Assembly: GCA_000934665.2 (NCBI GenBank)
Contig: JYFJ02001638.1
Location: forward strand, 1-64,000
Direction of reading: 5' to 3'
Source: Catajapyx aquilonaris
Taxonomy: Eukaryota
DNA: 64,000 nucleotides
The notes beneath the pieces were generated by a model. That model ran no database searches. It was not told where the DNA came from and saw nothing but the letters and a program-made list of their open reading frames with translations. The position numbers were made by a program, and so were the translations under genes. Below, one piece after another: positions 51,001 through 63,298 of the stretch (position 1 is its first letter; every line of letters begins with the position of its first letter).

Positions 51001-54000
51001 CCAGCCTGTCCCAATGCCGTCCGCTCCGTTGACCAGCACCATGGGAATGACTGGCATGTACCACTCTGGCTCAATGCGCTGGTTGTCGTCATTCAGGTGC
51101 TTCAGGAGGGGCTCGTCATTCGGGTGGAATATGTGCTTGGCCAGGGTGCTCAGCATGGTGAAGATGTATCGAGGGCTGGCTGCGTCCTTCCCTCCCTGCA
51201 GCCTGGTGCCAAACTGACCAATGGGCTGGAGCACATTGATATTGTTGCTCCCGACGAAGTTCTGGGCCAGGTTGATGATGGTGGACATGAGGGAGGCCTC
51301 CCCGTGGTGGTAGGCCGAGTGCTCAGCCACGGACCCTGCCAGCTGGGCCACCTTGATCTCCCGCTTGTCATTACGCTTCAGGCAGGTGTACACGATCTTG
51401 CGCTGACCCGGCTTGAAGCCATCCACCAACGAAGGGATGGACCTCTCGTTGTCCATGTTGGAGAACAGAACCAACTCCTTGTTCACAAAGTCCGAGTAGT
51501 GCACCTGGGTCGTGTCCTTCTCGTACAGGTAGAGCTCAGGCAGCCCGAGCTCCCTCCTGCGCTTGCACTCGTCCATCCAGTTGGTCAGCCACTCCTTCCG
51601 CTGATCCACGCACTTCTTGCTGAACGCCATCATGATAGCGTGGTCGTCCTTGGGTCCCTGGTAGCGGAATGTGACTCGGTGACGCTGCATGTCGCTGAAA
51701 TACTCCTTGGCCTCCTTGGAGGTGGAGGTACCCAGACCCTTGTAGTACTTGATCTTGTATGTGTGCCAGTTGGTCTTGGCGCGCTTCCACTCCTCAAACT
51801 CGGGAAGGGAGAAGAAGGGATGCTCCTCCTTGGCCCCCTTGGTGGCCTTCACGATTGGAGTGATGAACTCCTCCAGGAAGGGAAGCTGCAGCAGACTGGG
51901 CCAGTTGTGGTGGATGAAGTTGATCAGCAGGCCCTTGATGTGAGACCCATCCTGATCCTGATCAGTCATGATCATCAGCTTCCCGTAGCGAAGAGTCTTC
52001 AGGTCATCCACAGACTCGTACTTCTTCTTGTACTGCAGGCCCACAATCTTGATGATGTTGTTGATCTCCGCGTTCTCCAGGATCTGCTTGTGAGTCGCCT
52101 CGCGCACATTCAGCATCTTTCCCCTCAAGGGAAACACTCCGTACTTGTCTCTCCCGACCACACCCAGTCCTGACACAGCCAGGGTCTTGGCTGAGTCTCC
52201 CTCCGTCAGAATGAGGGTGCAGTCGATGGAGTTCCGCGTCCCAGCATCGTTGGCATCTTCCAGCTTGGGGACACCCCGCAGCTTGTTCTGCTTCTTCGTG
52301 TTGCAGGCCTTGTTCAGCTGGGTCTGCGCCTTGAACTTGGCCCAGCTCAGGACAGCCTCGACAATCCCGCACTTCTGTACGCTGCCCACGAACTTGTCAG
52401 AGACAGTGACCTTGGATCCGAAATTCTTCATCTGCAGGGTCATGTTCTCTTTCGTCTGGGAGTCGAACGTGGGGTTCACAATCAGGCAGTTCACAAACAC
52501 CCACATGTGGTTGCGCACTTGGAAAGGCTTCACATCCACCCCTCCCTTGTTCTTCTTCTTCACGTTTTCTATGAGTTTCTTGATGATTACGTCGGCCACA
52601 TGGTCCACATGACGTCCTCCCTGCAAGTACAATCGCAATGAATATGCATTCCCCCCCAAGACACAATTACAGGGAGCTCACCTTCGTTGTAGCAATACTG
52701 TTAACGAATGAGATCTGCTGGAAGCCCTTGTCTGAAGGGCACACCGCAATGTCCCATCTCTCGCTCGGACTCTCGTACACCACCTTGATTGGATTGCCCA
52801 CGTCATCCGTCTTGCCTTTCACATACAACTCTACATACTCCTTGAAATTTTTCACCTGCAATCCGCAAGAGAAGCATGACACCCACTGTAACGCAGTTCA
52901 ATGGTCCAGCCAATACTCACAGGCAGCCTCTTCCCATTGAGGTAGACCTTGACGTCTCTGGTGGACGCCGCCATGTCGTACGCCCTGCGAGACATGAGGG
53001 CCACTATGTCATTGTCCAGTGTGGTCATGTTGAACTTGGTGAGGTCAGGCTGGAAGGTGATCTTGGTGTAATCCTCTCCGTGGAATTCCTTAATCTTGGG
53101 GTCTGACGCCTTGCCCATGTTGTTCACCCAAGACTGCAATGGAAATTGTTGTTAGCGCGCCACTGGCCAGGTGTAGCAAGCAGCAGAAATACCGGACCTG
53201 CTTGAAGCACTTCCTGTACTCCTTGCAGGCAGTCTCCACCACAAACTTGTTGCTGAAGATGTTGCAGAGCTTGGCGCCATACCCGTTGCGACCTCCCGTG
53301 ACCTTCTGCTCCTCGTCGTTGTAGTTGGACGAGGTCAGCAGGTGGCCGAAGATCATGGTGGGCACAAACATCTTCTCGTCCTTGTGCTCCACCACGGGGA
53401 TGCCCTTGCCGTTGTTCCATATCGCAATCTCGTTATTCTCCCTGTACAATCGGGGCAAAACATTAGAGTCACGTAAACGCTGCACCAAAGAGGCGCTACT
53501 GACGCGTCAATCTCGATGCGGATGCAGTTCATCTTCTTATCCCTCTGCTTGTTGTCAGCCGCATTGACCAGGATCTCATCGAATATCTTGTACAGGCCGG
53601 GCACGTAGGTGATCTCCCGCAGGACCATTCCCTTATCCTCCCCGTCAAACACCCACATCATCTCGGTATGCGGCTCGATTGAACCTGTAGGGGAGACGCA
53701 TCACGGGGCGTGTCATTTAATGCATTTTGAACAGGCTGCTTGGTGGTAGAACAAAAGGAGGGAGACTGACCGACATAGGTGTCTGGCCTGAGCAGGATGT
53801 GCTCCAGCTGCGTCTTCTTCTGGTAGACTCTCTCGACGCTGAGCTTCTTCTTAGGCGGCGGGGCTGCCACGCGTGGGGCGTCCCCTCCTCCGTCCATGGG
53901 GGCAGGGGCGCTGCCGTTCACCTTGGAATTCATCCTGTCGAATAGTTGCTGGGAAAGAGGGAGGAAATGGCCAGTTAGAACCCAAAATATCCCCCGGGCC

Positions 54001-54086
54001 ACGTGTATGAGCCCCCCATCACTAAACAAAGGTGGTTCAACCCAGTGTGGTAGTACCTTCAAGGGTCCTCCCTTGTCTCCGGACAT
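48047..54086 (-). CDS. TOP2: DNA topoisomerase II; many exons
   Basis: YQKKTQLEHILLRPDTY, EILVNAADN, GGRNGYGAKL, TEGDSAK, PLRGK, MTDQDQDGSH, catalytic ASPRY, charged C-terminal tail. Confidence 0.98.
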
Positions 54087-55275
54087 GTCGCACCGGACAC
54101 GGTGTACCCGAACCGCCGTACCAACCACGTAGTACCGCACGAAGAACAACGCGCGACCGTTTGTTCCAAACCGAAATTCCGAATTCCAAAAATGTTCGAT
54201 TTCCTCCGACACCTTCCCGGCATGCAATTGGGGGGAACCCATCCACCAATCCCGGAGCCCCTTTCTGGCGGGGTAGGCCTCCAAGTGGGGGAAGGAGGGG
54301 GAAGGAATTGGCGCCAAATCTGCCAGGACCAATCAGGAGCTTTGCCGCCTTCTCCCTCCCTCCCTCCCTCCCTCCACACAACGACTAATCATAATGTTCG
54401 AAAAAAAAACTGGTTCGAAAAAAAATTATGAAATTTCGGCGGCCATGTTGGAACACCCATTGACTACATGTTCATGATCAAGTTGAAATGGAAAAATTAC
54501 GATTAAAATAAAAAATGGCAATGTGCATGTGCTAACTTCTCAAGAATTATACCACTGTTTTTGACGTGGTTGTTTCTAATTATACTGCATGAAAATGTGA
54601 TAATTTTTTTTTTGACTAATTAGATGCCCAACTCAGGAACCTGGATTTGAAAATGCATTGTAACGTGGCAATTATTTTCCAAACGCGAATAAGCGCAGGT
54701 AGCATTAGGAGCCTTCAAGAATTGTTTCGCAATTTTTTAAACGGCAGTGTTTGAAATTGCCTCATTTCTGTTCACAACGAGCAGTGCAGTTGGCCCGGCA
54801 CTTGCGGATTCGACCAACTGCAGATAAAATAATGTTCGGGGTGGGGAGAAAAAACCTACAACTATTAAAAAGAAAGCTCCCAAAAGCAATGTGGCAAGCA
54901 TTACACAGCATTTACAATGTATCGGGTATTTTAAGCAAGTGATTTTTGGGCATAGTTTATATGCAAATACATTCTCAGAGACTTTGAACATCCTGGAATC
55001 AATTCCTGCCAATACAAAAGGGCCCTTTAAAATGGACAATGCAATGGAAAATCACTGATTCACAGAGTGAGCATTAAAATCAATTTCATAAACACTAAGC
55101 AACTCTTAATCATGTTTGAACAATGGGTGAAAAATTAGACAAACATTCTCCAATGCCCCTAATTATTTATGGGTCCGCTTTCAGCAGGGAAGGAAATGCA
55201 GTGTTGTGATTTTCAAATCCAGATGACTGGAGATCGAATTAGACCAAACCTGAGTGTCACTTTTGTCTCGTAATG

Positions 55276-55437
55276 CAGTTGAATCAGGATACAACAGCCT
55301 CGGCTATACCAGACTTTCGGTTATAACAGACTCGAAAGGCCTGGTCCCGGAAAACTTCCATATGTGGCCTGTGTATTCGGCTATAGCCAGACTGACTTCT
55401 GAGGTCACCTTAAGTCTGTTATATCCGGATTCAACTG
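55276..55437. mobile_element. Small pogo/Tc1-like MITE
   Basis: TIR CAGTTGAATC(A/C)GGATA(C/T)AACAG; TA on the right, TG on the left. Confidence 0.75.
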
Positions 55438-55736
55438 TATTAGGAACAACCTCACTAAAAACCACCATGACCCATGTTGGCACCAATCTCAAAAAGAAGA
55501 AAAAAACCTGTTGTGGTTTCATAAATCTGGTATTTTAGTCACATATCACGTGTGGCCAAGCTGCGCAGATTTCACTTCATACCTTTTGGTGTGGCTCAAG
55601 TGCACTGAAACCTTTTGATTAAAGTGGACATGCATGAGGCATGTTGGGTGCAGATCCAGTGAAGGGGAAAACGATGCATGGCGACATCCACTCCCACACC
55701 AAGCAGTATGACGGCTACAAGATTGCCACACGTTAC

Positions 55737-56170
55737 GCAATTACAAAACAGGCCCCGGGCAGCATGGTAATGCCTAACACATAAGAGCAACCTGTCCGTA
55801 CAGCGCGGCTAGGTTCATGTCGTTCCATGATTGTGGGCATGGTGTTTCCATGTGTGGTAAGCCACTCACCCGTTAGCTGTCGACTGGGGATAAGCTGCTG
55901 CCGTGGTAAGGAGGCGGCTGTGCGTGAAGAGCGACCACCGCTTGAGCCAGGAAAGAACGCGCCAACGGACTCGCACACTGCGGGGGTGGGCAGGGTCCGT
56001 CCGGGGCGCAGGAAGGAGGCGAGTGCAGATAGGGCTGGGAGGCGAGGCACCTGCCTGTCTCACTGCTGGGCCCCTGGAGCGGCCATCACTCCAACGGGCA
56101 GGGGAATGAAGCGAGAAGAAGAGGGAGACCGTCGTCGGCCGGCGGACGCCATCTTGGAATCGGCCGCCAT
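55737..56170 (-). CDS. TOP2: Candidate alternative 5' exons of TOP2 encoding a mitochondrial-presequence-like peptide (56170/56086-56064, 55977-55870, 55791 or 55773-55737)
   Basis: GT-AG junctions in phases 2, 2 and 0 yield MAAPGAQHVRVRWRVLSWLKRWSLFTHSRLLTTAAAYPQSTANG(LLLCVR)HYHAARGLFCNC, in frame with TOP2 exon 2 at 53948. Confidence 0.5.
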
Positions 56171-56340
56171 TTTCCCGGGTGGGGGAAGGAGGGGGGAGGG
56201 CAGTGTGAGGGAGGAGGGAGCGGGGAGGACTTTCCTTTCTTCTCTTGGTTCCGCCAACGCCCGCCAGGTGGCATCTGGCTGTTTACACCCGACGGACAAC
56301 CAATCACGTCGCTCGAAATAGTGCGTGCAGCCAATCAGCG
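56145..56340 (-). promoter_or_regulatory. Orphan promoter upstream of TOP2
   Basis: GC-rich; two CCAAT boxes (~56300, ~56331); two AA(A/G)ATGGCG YY1-type motifs on the minus strand; lies downstream of the UTP23 poly(A) signal at ~56507. Confidence 0.6.
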
Positions 56341-56524
56341 CGATTCATCCAGATGGACAGTAGGTGGTGTAAACACGGCTGGGGAAGACGGTATGCGCAT
56401 GCGTCACTGCCCTGGAATCGAACACCCAACCGTATTTCGTGTCGATACGGTATCGATTTCATTAACATGACAAAAGCCAACCACTTTTGAGTGTGCAGCA
56501 AGCACCTTTATTTCCCAACATTCC

Positions 56525-57355
56525 CTAATTCTTCTTCTTGGAGGTCCTGTTCTGCTTCCACCGCCACTTCTCCTGCCGCCTCCGCTTGCTCTTGGGCATC
56601 CTCTTGCTCCCTTCCCCTTCCTCCTCACCCAGCATCTTCCTCTTCAGGCTTCCAAGCACCCTCTGGTCACGCTCGGACACACGCAGCCTGCAACACGTAC
56701 CACGGTTACAGTCTTATCAACCCGCCTTCTCCTGGCATGTATACATACTTGTCCTTCTCCCTCTGCGCCACCAGCTTCTGGCTGGTCTCCGACGGTCCTT
56801 CCAGGCATGGAGCCTTGTCGAATAGGAAGAGGATTGGGGTGCCCGCAACCATGCGGGCTTGGTGCCGCAGCTCCTTGTCCTGCGTCGCCACTATGTACCT
56901 GAAACAAGGCGTGTTAGGGATTGCGACCGGTGGCAACTGGGATCCGTACCTTCCGGCATTCTCCTCTCCAAGCATGGACAGGATGCACTGTGACGCGGGC
57001 AGTGGCTCACGAGTGTGCCCGCACCTGTGGATCCCAAACTGCTTGACAACGGCCGTGGCACCGGACAGCAGCCGACCAAACTTCTCAGCCTCAATGATGA
57101 CGCACGCGGTCGTCAGCAGCTTCAGCTCGCAATCAAAGTACATGGGCAGGTTGTCCCTAATGTTCACCTTGTTCTGAAATCCAAATCATTGATGAAGTAC
57201 GGCGCTCACAATGTGGCTAGTAACCTAAACCCAACCTGGAGGGCAGCCTGACAAAAAGTGGCGTCCAGCAGGACCTGGAAGGGCTTGTGGAAGCCGAAAT
57301 GCCTGCAGAAGAAGGCCAGACGCCTGTTCACCCTCTTCAACCGGCTGATCTTCAT
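56525..57355 (-). CDS. UTP23: rRNA-processing protein UTP23; 3 exons
   Basis: MKISRLKR...FGFHKPFQVLLDATFCQAAL, TTACVIIEAE, HRCGH, YIVATQD; basic tail. Confidence 0.93.
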
Positions 57356-57657
57356 CCCTGACCCTTGACCCTGCCGGACCGCCTCTAAAAGTGGTCACTG
57401 GGTCAATCTTGGTCAATCGCACGAGGAACGTGACGGAGTTCGATCTTCACTTGTCGTCAATCTGAGAATAAGCGCAGCGGTTACCAGACAGCAGCTTAGG
57501 CCTAGTCTGTCTTGGTGTAGCGTAGCGGCTGCGTCCGTCTGCGTGTGAGCTAGGCCTAGTTCCACGCAAAACAATATTGTTCGATTATTCTTCGAATTAT
57601 TATCAGTTTTTTGCGATAAATAGAGAGATTAAAAGAACCATGCACATGTCGGCTAAG

Positions 57658-59053
57658 ATGGCGTCGGGACAGAGGGGATCTGGGGGCGGGTCTGGAGCGG
57701 CACGAGGAGGAGGAGGGGCGAGGGCCGCCCCGGGTGGAACCGGCCCCGGAGACGGAGAGGGAGGACAGCAAATAAACTACGTCCAGATGGACGGACTGGT
57801 CAGTTCAAACCACTAATCTGTAACAATTACAATCATAAAACTGCAATAATCACCACCATCCTAACAATATAAGTATTACAACAACAATTACACAAATGCA
57901 GCAGCTACAACACTATCATTGTACTAATGTAACTAACTGTTAAATTAATTGCGGCATGGTTGCGATGGAGTGACATATTTCTTGTACGACCAGGCTGTGA
58001 TGAAGATCATAAAGCATTGCCACGAGGAGAGTACGTCGAGTATTGAGGTGGCGCAGGGTGCCCTGCTGGGTCTGGTGGTGGACAAGAGGCTGGAGATCAC
58101 CAACTGCTTCCCGTTCCCAAAGTACTCGGATGAGAACATGGACGAGGAGGAGTACCAGCTGGCCATGATGCGGAGGCTCAGGATGGTCAACGTGGACCAC
58201 TTCCACGTCGGGTGGTACCAGAGCGCAGACCTGGGGAACTTCCTGAGCACGCAGCTGGTGGAGTCGCAGTTTGGATACCAGACGTCCATCGAGGAGTCTG
58301 TCGTGGTCATATACGACCCACAGAAGACTCTCCGTGGGTTCGTGTCCCTCAGGGCGTACCGGTTGACCCCACAGGCGATCCAGCTGTACCGGGAGCAGGA
58401 GTTCACTCCCGAGGCCATCCGCAACCTGCATCTGAGCTACGAGCTGCTCTTCCAGGAGGTGCCCATTGTGGTCAAGAACTCCCATCTGATCAACTCGTTG
58501 CTGTGCGAGTTGGGCCAGCTCATACCGGAGGAGGACGGGGCCCAGTTCCTCGATCTGGGGTCGGCCTCTGTGCTTGAGACCCACCTGCGCTGCCTGATGG
58601 ACAGAGTGGACGAGTTGAACCAGGAGGCCACCAAGTTCAACCGGTACCAGCACCAGGTCATCAAGCAGCAGCAGGACAAGCACAAGTACCAGCAGAAGCG
58701 GGTAAGGCTCTTTCTTGGCTGGATTAGAACGTGTTGATAACCGCTGCCTTTTTTTCCAGACGGCGGAGAATGCGTCCCGGCAGTCGAAGGGCGAGCCTGC
58801 ACTTCCGGAGGAGGACTTGACCAAGCTGTTCCGTCCCATTGTGCCCCCGACCCGGCTGAACCCAATGGTCATTTCCGGACAGATATCCAGCTACACCCAG
58901 CAGGTGTCCCAGTTCTGCTCCCAGTCTCTGGCCAAGCTGTTCATCACCGAGTCACTCCACCAGGCCAAGCAGACAACGCAGGCATCCAAATCCTCCTCAT
59001 CCGTCGGGCCAGGCGCAGCCAATGCCCCTCCCAATCAATCCTCATCTGCCTAG
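57658..59053 (+). CDS. EIF3H: Eukaryotic translation initiation factor 3 subunit H; 3 exons
   Basis: [48 protein letters not shown]; upstream in-frame ATGs at 57640 and 57646 are also possible starts. Confidence 0.96.
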
Positions 59054-60002
59054 ATGGTGCGCAGTATTTGTACTACTCAAGTGCGACAATGCCCCCTTGA
59101 ATAAATCATTGATTGACATCCAATTTTATTCGCACAGTGTTTACACTACTGCATTTTCAGCTGTACAGTACTTGAAAACATTCAATGTAACATGGCCTTC
59201 TGCTAACATTTATCACCGCAGTGTTACTACGGTCGACCAGGCACACTGTACTGGTACCGACTACTTGAATGAGATCATCGTGAAGCTGCTGTCATGGGTC
59301 GACAGGGATTTAAACCTAATGGAAGGCACCTACCGATCGTACGATCGCATTATGCAATGTATGGCACTTGAGCACGATATTCACGGATTCTATCAGCTAC
59401 GGTGCAAGCATTACGCCTAATTACTAAACAGGGTGATTGGATGGTGCGAGTGGCAATCCATCGCCGGACCGGTCATCCCCAACGACGCAAGTCCTCGCAA
59501 TTACAGGACATGCCGGAGTGGAGACTGCACCGGGGGAAGCCGGAGACGAGCAGCAGTGCGGAGCGGAAGCCAGGGTCACCGCCGACCCCATATTTTCTGG
59601 TCTCTGTATATAATATTATGTAAGTAATATACCAAGTATGTAACACGTATACAATGCAAAGTACCTTTCGAGTCAGGCTGGGTTTACGCGTGTTGTTACA
59701 TGGCCAGTGTGCTATAGTTGAAGAGAAAGTGCAGGGAGGGGTCTTGAGTAGGCTGCTGATGTGACAAGAGGCGTCGGCGCCGTCGGTTGAGCGTCGGATC
59801 GATCAGATCGTACATGCGCATTGTATTGTTCGATTTTGAACGGATTTTAAACCAGGCGCCAAAATTGCACGATCGTGAACCGGTATGCAACCTCACGGAC
59901 TAGGACTTCCAGGAGTGAATTGAACACATATTACGTTGGCCGCCTTGAGTTCAATGGCGTCGTAATTTTTCGTTACATTTTCCTGCGATTTTTCTTTTGG
60001 AG

Positions 60003-60879
60003 ATGTCTGCAGGAGGAGATGGCCATGGCCACGGCCACTCTTGCGGGTCAGAGCACGATGGGACGGATGACTCGAACGAGATGGGCGTGCAGTACAGCCT
60101 GTACCAGAAGATAGACAGGGACAGGCTGGAGTGCCTGAACGAATCTGAAGAGGGTTCAGGGAAGGCGGTCTTCAAGCCATGGGACCAGAGGCTGACCAAA
60201 GAGCAGGTACGCAGCACTAGGGCAATCGCACCCTTTGACCCCCCTCATTAACCCCCGTTGGTACACATTGGCAGTTTGTGGAAAGCGACGTGGACGAAGA
60301 GCTGCTCTTCAACATACCGTACGTAGCGTCACATGTTAATAGCGGTTGAAATGCTCAATTGGATTTTCAATTGCAGGTTCACTGGAAACGTGAAGCTTAA
60401 GGGGATCGTCATCATCGGAGGGGAGGATGGGTCGCATCCGGCCACCATGCGACTGTGAGTGTACATTCTTTTTATTCCAATTAAGTTACAAAGCGGTGCG
60501 CTTACAGGTTCAAGAACAGGCCCAGCATGACCTTTGACGATGCCAACATTTCCCCGGAGCAGGAGTTTGAGCTGCATCCGGACCCAACCGGTCAACTGGA
60601 ATACTCCACAAAGTTAGTTCACCGATGCAATGCAGGTTAAGCGTGGATTTAATCGCGTTCCCTGGCAGGGTCGTCACGTTTTCATCCACGCATCACCTGA
60701 CCATCCACTTCCCACGCAACTTTGGATCTGAGGTCACCCGCTTGTATTACATCGGTCTGAGAGGCGAGTTCTCCGAGGCCCATCGGCACGGGGTGACCCT
60801 CTGCACCTACGAGGCCAGACCCAACGTGTTTGACCACAAGGGCAACGTCTTTGACCATGTCTCGAAGGAAATACAGTGA
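60003..60879 (+). CDS. PITHD1: PITH domain-containing protein 1; 5 exons
   Basis: YSLYQKID...LECLNE, VESDVDEELLFNIPFTGNVKLKG, FKNRPSMTFDD, YYIGLRGEF, CTYEARPN. Confidence 0.95.
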
Positions 60880-60893
60880 ATAAACAAAGCCGT

Positions 60894-63298
60894 TCACAAT
60901 TTGAGTCGCTTTATGTCCTCCGCGTGAAAGTCGACCCTTAAGGCCAGCACCTGCCTGACCTCAACTGGGGTCAGCCGCCAGGTCAGCGAACCGGAGGTGC
61001 CCCAGTAGTCTGTGACCTCCGAGACCCGTTCCATGTTGAGCAGCGTGGCCATTTGGTTGAGCCGAGCGAACTTGTCTCGAACTGCCCAGCCAGTTGCGCT
61101 GCTCAGGAATGTGGCTAGGGCACGGAGTTCCTTATCCAGCTGCAGGCCGCCCAGCCGGTTGAACCTTGACCTTCCGACAACCTTCTCCATCTGGGCCGCT
61201 ATCTCTGAGGCGAGGATGCCAATGAGGGAGTCGTAATTGGTTGGTGTCAGCGCTCGCTTGAATCCGGCCAGAAGCCCGTCCAAGTTCGACACCATTGATT
61301 GCACGAACGGATCGTTTGCCTCCAGTGCAGAAAACTCCTCTTCTGTAAGGTCGTGCTGGACGTCCAGGAAGGCGTCCACCCAAGGTTTGACCCTCGGCTT
61401 GACGGCGGATGACCTGAGCTGCTGCAGCCCCAGCTCCACCACCTGCTTCAGACGATTGGCCACGCTTGAGAAACCGGATTGCAGGCAATTCGCCACCTTA
61501 TCCCGGTTGTAGGCGCTCAGACCCGCAAGCATTTCTCGCTCCAGGTCACGCTGGAGGGAACCTGCATACTCCAGGGACACCTCCGCGTTGTTCAGCCCCA
61601 CCAGAAAGGCCCGCTTGGCCTGCTCGGAGTAGTCGGCCCCGGATCCAGAGCCTGACCCGGCACTGGTCAAACCCAACCCGACAGCCAGATCCATATAACC
61701 GGATGGGAAGCCGGACTTGACCCTCCGCTGCAGCTCCCGGGCGTAGTCCTCCTCCAGAAGGGTGGCCGCGTTGTTGACCACCGCGCATGAGCCGTCCACG
61801 CTCCCACTGGACGCGGCTCGTAGCACAGACTTCTTTACGATGAAGAACACATCCTCAACCATGGTGGAGGTCAGCGGCGACGACCCCTCTTCCACCTGGT
61901 CCATCCTGACCGCCTTCTCGACGCTCCGTTGCATAAAATACTGCTCCAGTGAGATGTACCGGCCAACCAGGTCCTGCACCAGCCGGTTCAACTGGCAGCC
62001 ACCCACCAGCACCTCCGCTTTCTCCAGCTGCACATGCTTATCCTCCTCGCTTGACGTCGCAACCTCGATGTCACTCTGCAAAGCGAAGGAGTTACTCTCG
62101 AGGGGAGAGGACGACGACATTGCGACCTATTACCTTCACTCTCCTTCGGACGAACCGGTTGTACAGCTCGGTCCTGGCGCTAATTATGGTCAGCTCGCCC
62201 AGTAGATGATCCAGGTCGTTTGGGTCGAGAGCGTCCTGTCCATCCCCACCACCTCGCATGAACCGGTCGACCTGCATCGTTTTCTTTCCCAACCCTCTGG
62301 CCCTCGCGAACTCCGCCAGAATTCGTTCAGCTTGTGCGTCACACTCGGCCTGCAGGAAGCCCATGACCTGCATAACCTGGCCTGGTCCGTAGTACGTTTC
62401 AACCAGTGGCTGGTGTATCTCCACGATGCGGGCGACCCCTTCGAACAGCAGCGTCAGGGTGTCTGCGAACACCACATTGGCCCTTCCGCCGCCGCCAGCC
62501 ACCGCCTGCTTGCATGCCTCCTCCAGGTTGGTTATGGATGCGGCCTGCAGCTTGGAGCAGAGGTACAGCATGTAGCGGCGCAGGCCCTCCTCCTGCATGC
62601 TGATGAGCGGGAACAGCTTGAAGAACCGCTCCACCGAGGCCAGGTCCCCGTCTCTGACCGACTCGTCAAACCTGCGCCCAACCAGGTCTCGCAGCTCCTG
62701 CTGTGCTCTACGCAGCAGCACAAAGGAGCCGCCCAGAGTGGTCTCCTCCCCGGCATCCCTGGCGGTGTGGACCAACTGCGCCTCGTCCATGGACAGGAAG
62801 CGGTGGACATGAGCTGCGGCCTGCTCGTAATCCTCACTCTGCAGTGCGTTGTGGACCCCCTCGCTGCACAGCTTCAGGTCAAGCAGGTCGTGCACTCTGT
62901 GCTGGCACTCCCACACGCGACCCTGCAAAGAAAGTCCAGCCTCAGCCTCCAGCGAAAGGGATGTAGTAGCAGCAGCGCATACCTTGGCAAGATCAAGCTT
63001 CCTGACTTTGGCGCTAACGCTCTGAGCCAACGTGGCGGTGAAGTGGATCATGTCCGCCAGCTGCTGCGCGTCCGACTGAAGCACCTGAACCTTCGGGAGA
63101 CTCCTGCTGACTCCAGCCAGCTTGCTCTGCAGAAGCGGCTCCCTGGACATCAATCCTTCCAGCTCACGATTCACCCTCTCCTGGACAAGAAATATAACCA
63201 GTCGTGTTTGTTATCCGTGTATCAATATCCGCTGCAAAAAGCCGTACCTCCTGAACCGTCAGCTGGTCGTACGCCTTCCGAATCTCCTCCACATCCAT
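60894..63298 (-). CDS. COG4: Conserved oligomeric Golgi complex subunit 4; ~4 exons
   Basis: VSAKVRKLDLAK, DYEQAAAHVHRFL, VERFFKLFPLI, FNRLGGLQLDKELR, WRLTPVEVRQVLALRVDF...IKRLKL. Confidence 0.95.

Noticed and set aside
50980..52173. 397-aa plus-strand ORF antisense to TOP2
   Set aside because: Shadow ORF caused by GC3-rich codon bias of the TOP2 exon; no recognisable domain.
55733..56299. Stop-codon read-through or GTG re-initiation linking ORFs 56299-56060 and 56050-55733
   Set aside because: An 86-nt GT-AG intron (56063-55978) removes the stop and explains the frames more simply.
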